Assembly (NCBI GenBank): GCA_038886535.1
Contig: JAVZXS010000002.1
Span: forward strand, 182,151-246,150
Direction of reading: 5' to 3'
DNA length: 64,000 nucleotides
From: Candidatus Micrarchaeia archaeon
Lineage (GTDB): Archaea > Micrarchaeota > Micrarchaeia > CABMEP01
Under the pieces are notes generated by a model that searched no databases, was not told the DNA's origin, and saw only the letters and a list, made by a program, of their open reading frames with translations. Shown here in pieces: positions 59,071 through 64,000 of the stretch. A program made the translations under genes and the position numbers. Every line of letters starts with the position of its first letter. The stretch's first letter is position 1.

Positions 59071-60111
59071 TCATTCAAACCAACTGTCAAGCTTTGTTTG
59101 ACTCTTTCCTTCCTCTTTTTTCATTATCCTGTCAAGTGCCCCTTCCACTCTTTCTATCATGAACTCATGCTCTCCGCAAAGAAAATCAATTATTTCTTCT
59201 CTTTTTGGATCTCCGAATTTAATTATCGGTTCGCGCTTTGGTTTGGGGGGTTCTAAAAAGAACCTTTCAATTTCTTCCAAATCTGTTTTGTTTGTTTCAT
59301 AAATATCGATTGCTTTTGCCCTTTCAAAACATTCTTTAAGTGAATTTGATTCTTTTGCGATTGCAATTCCTTTCTTTGGACCTATACCTTTGATACCTTC
59401 AAAATAGTCAGTTCCCATCATTATGGCTGCCCAAATGAGCTGTTTTCTTTCTATTCCGATCTGAGAGAGCGATTCTTCCGCATCGATCATCTCGGGTTCG
59501 ACTTCAACCCATACACCTTTTCCAGGAAGCTTTCTCCTTCCGCTTAATGTTATATTTCTTACGAGTCTGTTTGCGCCAAAAAGTATTGAGTCATAGTCTT
59601 GGGATCCGACTGCATATGCCATTCCTTCACTTACCAATCGGGCAGCTTCGGCCTCTCCTTCACTAGGTGCGATAACTACAGGAACTCCCATCAATTCAAG
59701 CATCTTTTTTGATTCTTCAATAATTTCAGGAGTCATTTTTACTGTTGCTTGAGCATAGGTTTTTAATTCAGTTTCCCCTCTTGCTATTGCTTCCTCCAGT
59801 TTCCTTTGTGCCTCTACTTTCATTTCCTGTCTCTTTTCTATGGTTTTCATTTTAAATTTCGGAGGTTCTCCATCAAATACAAATACAGGCTGTATATTAA
59901 TTTCAAGAAGTTTAGACACTCTGTAGAGCAATCCAGATAGATGGCTCGTTATTCTTCCTCTGCTGTCCATTAAAGGTGTTCCATCTTTCTGCCTAATTGT
60001 TGAAAGAAACTGATAAATCATATTGTAGGAATCAATGGCAATCCTTCTTCCAGCAAGATTTTCTAGTTTAATTGGTCTTTTTATTAGAACACTGCCTAAG
60101 TCTACTCCCAT
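59071..60111 (-). CDS. fen1: Flap endonuclease 1
   Basis: MGV start (ATG 60111), YQFLSTIRQ.DG.PL, APSEGEAEA, SQDYD, GTDY, C-terminal PIP box QTKLDSWF. Confidence 0.96.
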   Translation of the reverse strand: MGVDLGSVLIKRPIKLENLAGRRIAIDSYNMIYQFLSTIRQKDGTPLMDSRGRITSHLSGLLYRVSKLLEINIQPVFVFDGEPPKFKMKTIEKRQEMKVEAQRKLEEAIARGETELKTYAQATVKMTPEIIEESKKMLELMGVPVVIAPSEGEAEAARLVSEGMAYAVGSQDYDSILFGANRLVRNITLSGRRKLPGKGVWVEVEPEMIDAEESLSQIGIERKQLIWAAIMMGTDYFEGIKGIGPKKGIAIAKESNSLKECFERAKAIDIYETNKTDLEEIERFFLEPPKPKREPIIKFGDPKREEIIDFLCGEHEFMIERVEGALDRIMKKEEGKSQTKLDSWFE

Positions 60112-60138
60112 AAAATCATCTTTTAAATTCAAAACCTA

Positions 60139-60591
60139 TTATTTTTTCTTCTTTTTTATTTCTATTATATCTCCTAGAGTTAAAGACTCATCAGCTATTT
60201 TTTCCTTATTCTTCTTTGAGACTACTACTTCTTCAAGTAATTTAATGTTAAAGAATTTCTCAAGCTTTCTTGCAACCTTTTCGCTAGGTATTACTTCATC
60301 TCTTTCGATTCTGTCGATATATGATTCTTTTTCTGCAATTGCAGTTGCAAGCTGCTTCAATGTCATACCTTTCTTTTCTCTTTCCTTTCTTATGATCTCA
60401 GCAAAATCATCTACTATTTCAAGTTCAACTTCCGCCTTTTCTTCAATTTCCTTGTTTTTTCCTTTCTCTTCTTCAACCAGTGTCCTTATTATTTTTCCAT
60501 GCTTTGTGCATTTGTCACAGACATTCATTTCTACTCCTTCTACAATTGCAATGAAGGTTGCATTCGGTCTTCCACATAATTCGCAATCCAT
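60139..60591 (-). CDS. mbf1: Archaeal multiprotein bridging factor 1
   Basis: CELCG...VCDKC Zn ribbon, HTH, TLGD. Confidence 0.93.
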   Translation of the reverse strand: MDCELCGRPNATFIAIVEGVEMNVCDKCTKHGKIIRTLVEEEKGKNKEIEEKAEVELEIVDDFAEIIRKEREKKGMTLKQLATAIAEKESYIDRIERDEVIPSEKVARKLEKFFNIKLLEEVVVSKKNKEKIADESLTLGDIIEIKKKKK

Positions 60592-60659
60592 TTTAACACC
60601 AGAATATATATTCTAAATTTATAAGTAGTTTTTATAAATGTAATTATAAAATATAATTT

Positions 60660-62048
60660 ATGCAATTAGATAGTATTTGCAAAAAAGAATCATGCAAATT
60701 AGCAGGAATTGTAATAATCTCATTTCTTATATTCTTTCTTATAGTGACTAGCGACATTTCTGCTTTTCTTAAGGGGATGCTTTCAATTGCCATTCTATTG
60801 ATAGCAGGAATCTCAATAAGAAAAATAACTGGCGCAGATGGATGGAGCGGTTTCTTAATGCTTAAGATCAAAGAAGGATTGGATTTTATTAAATGGTCAA
60901 ATAGGGTTTTTGGAAAATGGATGGATGCAATAGCTGATTTTGGTCTTGTGTTTGGGTTTGGACTTATAAGTACAAAAATTTTCAGACATGTAAAAATGAA
61001 TACGATAATTATCGGTTTGGCAACACTGGCTGTTTTTTCTTTATTCATCTCCCCATTCATAACTGTAATTGCTTTGTCTGTGATAGATCTACCTCAAACC
61101 GAGATACCTGATTCAAGTTCAAGCGAATTTTCAATTCTTTCAATTCTTTCTTTTGCAGTTCTTTTGATTTTTGGATTTGCTGGTTTTGTTGCATTAGGCC
61201 TGATTGCAAAAGCTGCATCTGTAATCTACTCGATTATATTATTTCTTCTAGGCATTGCACCAAAAATTGATTCTTCTCCAGGAGTTTCATTCATTATTCC
61301 AGGAATAACTATTCCTCTTTTCGAAGGCATAATCGCGCTTCTTGTATTGCTTGTTATACATGAAGGGGCGCACGGCATAGAGGCAATCCGTTCAAAAGTA
61401 AGGTTGAAATCTTCAGGACTTCTCCTTTTTGGTTTTATACCTGTGGGTGCATTTGTTGATATTGATGACAACCAGCTTTCAAAGAGACAAACAAAACAAA
61501 AGCTGAGGGTTGCAGCTGCAGGAGCTGCATCAAATATAGTTGCAACTATTATTTTCTTCATCCCCACTATATTGCTATTATTTTCATTGCCTAACTTTTA
61601 TTCAAATCATGTTACTGTAATAGGAGTAAGTAAGAATGTTACAGATTTATCAGTTGGGACTGAGATATATTCAATAAACGGAATTCAAATCAATTCTCTT
61701 AGTGATTTTAATAGCGTCAAGAAGACATTCATTCCCAATTCAACTGTAACATTAGAAACCAATAAGGGAATAATTAATGTAAAAACAGATGAAAAAGGTG
61801 CTATTGGCATTTTAGTTTCACCAACAATAAAGCCAGAGTACTGGTTGATAAAATCAATTTATCTAATCTTTGCTCTTTTGACAGTATTGAATTTCTTTGT
61901 GGGTGTAATCAATCTTTTGCCAGTTCAGGCTTTTGATGGTCATAGAATTCTTCAGGATTCCATAAAAGATAAAAAAGTGGTTGATTTAATAGCGTATATT
62001 GTTTTATTTGCACTCGTTATGAATGTAGTTCCCTGGATATGGAGTTAA
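60660..62048 (+). CDS. Site-2 protease (M50) with PDZ-like insert
   Basis: HEGAH, GAFV, AGAASN, NLLP...FDG. Confidence 0.93.
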   Translation: MQLDSICKKESCKLAGIVIISFLIFFLIVTSDISAFLKGMLSIAILLIAGISIRKITGADGWSGFLMLKIKEGLDFIKWSNRVFGKWMDAIADFGLVFGFGLISTKIFRHVKMNTIIIGLATLAVFSLFISPFITVIALSVIDLPQTEIPDSSSSEFSILSILSFAVLLIFGFAGFVALGLIAKAASVIYSIILFLLGIAPKIDSSPGVSFIIPGITIPLFEGIIALLVLLVIHEGAHGIEAIRSKVRLKSSGLLLFGFIPVGAFVDIDDNQLSKRQTKQKLRVAAAGAASNIVATIIFFIPTILLLFSLPNFYSNHVTVIGVSKNVTDLSVGTEIYSINGIQINSLSDFNSVKKTFIPNSTVTLETNKGIINVKTDEKGAIGILVSPTIKPEYWLIKSIYLIFALLTVLNFFVGVINLLPVQAFDGHRILQDSIKDKKVVDLIAYIVLFALVMNVVPWIWS

Positions 62049-62116
62049 CTTAAATATTTTTAAATTTAATATATACTTCATTATAACTTCATCATAATTT
62101 ACCGGAAGTGAGCTGT

Positions 62117-64000
62117 ATGAGGAAGATATCGAGTTTGAATTATTTATTTTTGTTCTTTATATTAGTAAGTATCTCTTTTGCAGCAAATTGTGGAGGTTCA
62201 ACCCCTTGCAACTGTGGAGATACTATAATTCAAGATTATGTGATGACAAGTGATCTTCCTTGTTCAGGTACTGCTCTCACCATTGGTGCAGATCACATTA
62301 CCCTTGACTGCCAAGGATATACAATCACTCACACCGGTTCAGGCTATGGAGTGTATGCAGATGGAAGGACAAACATTACCATAAAGAATTGTAACATTGT
62401 AGGAGATACCAATACTTATAACAATCATGGAATTTATTTCTATTCAACATCAAATAGTTTTATTCTCAATAACAATCTGAGTTCAAACTACTACGGCATC
62501 TACCTCTACTCCAGCTCTAACAACACCCTCTCCAACATAACTGCTTCCAACAACTATGGCAATGGCATCTACCTCTACTCCAGCTCTAACAACTCCCTCT
62601 TTGACATAACTGCTTCCAACAACAATGATGGCATCTGGCTCGAATCCAATTCCAATTACAACACCCTCTTTGACATAACTGCTTCCAACAACAACAATGG
62701 CATCTACCTCTACTCCAGCTCTAACAACTCCCTCTTTGACATAACTGCTTCCAACAACTATGACAGAGGCATCTACCTCTACTTCAACTCCAATTACAAC
62801 TCCATCTCCAACATAACTGCTTCCAACAACAACAATGGCATCTACCTCTACTCCAGCTCTAACAACTCCCTCTCCAACATCACTTCATCAAATAATCAGC
62901 AATGTGGAATTTATTTATCCGCGAGTTCTTATAATAATATATCTAAAATTTTAGCATATGATAATGTTTATGGTCTCTATATTGATTCTGATCCTCAATA
63001 TGAATCCAATTATAACTATGTTTTTGATAGTCTATTCTCAACTAGTGATTATGGCATAAGATTATATAATTCTAATAATAACATTATTTTTAATAATGAA
63101 GTTAATTCAATTTATATAGTAGGTATAGACTTATGGTATTCTAACAATAACAATATTTCTAACAATAACATTTTTGAGAATAATTATTATTCTATAAATT
63201 TCCATGATAGTTATTATAATCTAATATCTAACAACAATATTTCAACATCTCTTGGAGCAATTGGAATCGAATTTGAATCCGATTCAAGTAATAACACCAT
63301 TGTAAATAATTTCATTAATGGCTCTTTTGATTGGAAAGGAGCGATTCATTTTTACTTTTCCAATGAAAATAATGTTTCTAATAATACAATTTTAATCTCA
63401 TCTGGAAATGGTATAACTTTAGAGCAAGAGTCAATGAATATTAGAATTTTTAATAATTCGATATCTACAAATGAGAATGGCATTTATATAAAAGATTCTT
63501 CAGATAACAGTGAAGTATTTAACAATTCAATCCTAGCCGGCGGTTCGCTTTTTATTTTTAATTCTAATTCAAACTTTATATTTAACAATGATTTAATTTC
63601 AATTCAGGCTCCCGGTTTAGGATTATACACAAGCTTTAATAACATAATTTCATCAAATAAAATTAAGACATTATCTTCTGAACCCACTAATTATTTTGGA
63701 ATTTATATACACGATTCTCAAAGTAATGAAATCTATAATAATATAATTAACGGTTCCATTCCTGTTCATTTCGAGGGTGATGTTTACGAAAACTTCTGGA
63801 ACACTACTCTTGACTGTTCTGCAGGTCCTAACATAGTTGGTGGACCCTGCATAGCTGGAAACTTCTATGCAACTCCTTCAGGAACAGGATTTTCTGAAAC
63901 ATGTACGGACAATGATGGAAATGGAATCTGTGATGAAGCGTATGAACTCGCAACAAATAACATAGATTTCTTACCATTGGCAGTATACACCGCTCCTTCT
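62117..64000 (+). CDS. Secreted right-handed beta-helix (NosD/pectin-lyase-like) surface protein; runs off the window end
   Basis: Not in ORF track. Signal peptide MRKISSLNYLFLFFILVSISFA, then ITLDCQG, GIYLYSSSNN repeats and GN(F)Y...D..G.G..D end motif. Confidence 0.9.
   Translation, partial: MRKISSLNYLFLFFILVSISFAANCGGSTPCNCGDTIIQDYVMTSDLPCSGTALTIGADHITLDCQGYTITHTGSGYGVYADGRTNITIKNCNIVGDTNTYNNHGIYFYSTSNSFILNNNLSSNYYGIYLYSSSNNTLSNITASNNYGNGIYLYSSSNNSLFDITASNNNDGIWLESNSNYNTLFDITASNNNNGIYLYSSSNNSLFDITASNNYDRGIYLYFNSNYNSISNITASNNNNGIYLYSSSNNSLSNITSSNNQQCGIYLSASSYNNISKILAYDNVYGLYIDSDPQYESNYNYVFDSLFSTSDYGIRLYNSNNNIIFNNEVNSIYIVGIDLWYSNNNNISNNNIFENNYYSINFHDSYYNLISNNNISTSLGAIGIEFESDSSNNTIVNNFINGSFDWKGAIHFYFSNENNVSNNTILISSGNGITLEQESMNIRIFNNSISTNENGIYIKDSSDNSEVFNNSILAGGSLFIFNSNSNFIFNNDLISIQAPGLGLYTSFNNIISSNKIKTLSSEPTNYFGIYIHDSQSNEIYNNIINGSIPVHFEGDVYENFWNTTLDCSAGPNIVGGPCIAGNFYATPSGTGFSETCTDNDGNGICDEAYELATNNIDFLPLAVYTAPS
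62495..62887 (+). repeat. Six near-identical 66-69-bp tandem units encoding beta-helix coils
   Basis: Units start with GGCATC at 62495, 62564, 62630, 62699, 62768 and 62837; five contain ATAACTGCTTCCAACAAC. Confidence 0.92.

Noticed and set aside
62495..62887. AAC-rich repeats as a DGR template/variable pair or a CRISPR array
   Set aside because: Differences include non-adenine positions (TCC versus TTT), there are no unique spacers, the units are in-frame coding, and no reverse transcriptase or cas gene is in the window.

Overview
An AT-rich archaeal chromosome segment. A DPANN lineage, probably Micrarchaeota-like, is inferred from gene content and divergence, not tested. Most of it is core machinery: RNA polymerase genes (rpoH-B''-B'-A', rpoE'/spt4, rpoL), lonB, csl4, tandem ftsZ, sua5/kae1/bud32, TyrRS, bacterial-type ThrRS, class II RNR with a cobalamin adenosyltransferase, iscSU, fibrillarin, PolX-PHP, MAT, FEN1, MBF1 and S2P, plus the start of a beta-helix surface protein. 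Features missed by the ORF track: five tRNAs that all carry BHB introns (two at non-canonical positions), a complete box C/D guide sRNA, eL41 followed by an unknown 55-aa basic ORF, an IS5-like remnant and two operator-like palindromes. The strongest leads are: (i) a shared palindromic element inside the tRNA-Ala and tRNA-His introns, (ii) a diadenylate cyclase between kae1 and bud32, overlapping the bud32 start, (iii) a full-length P-type ATPase with its catalytic motifs lost, (iv) an IscS paralogue lacking the PLP lysine, (v) an intein-containing, tail-anchored TPR-AAA ATPase, and (vi) mosaic DNA-level repeats in the surface protein. No CRISPR array or rRNA was seen.
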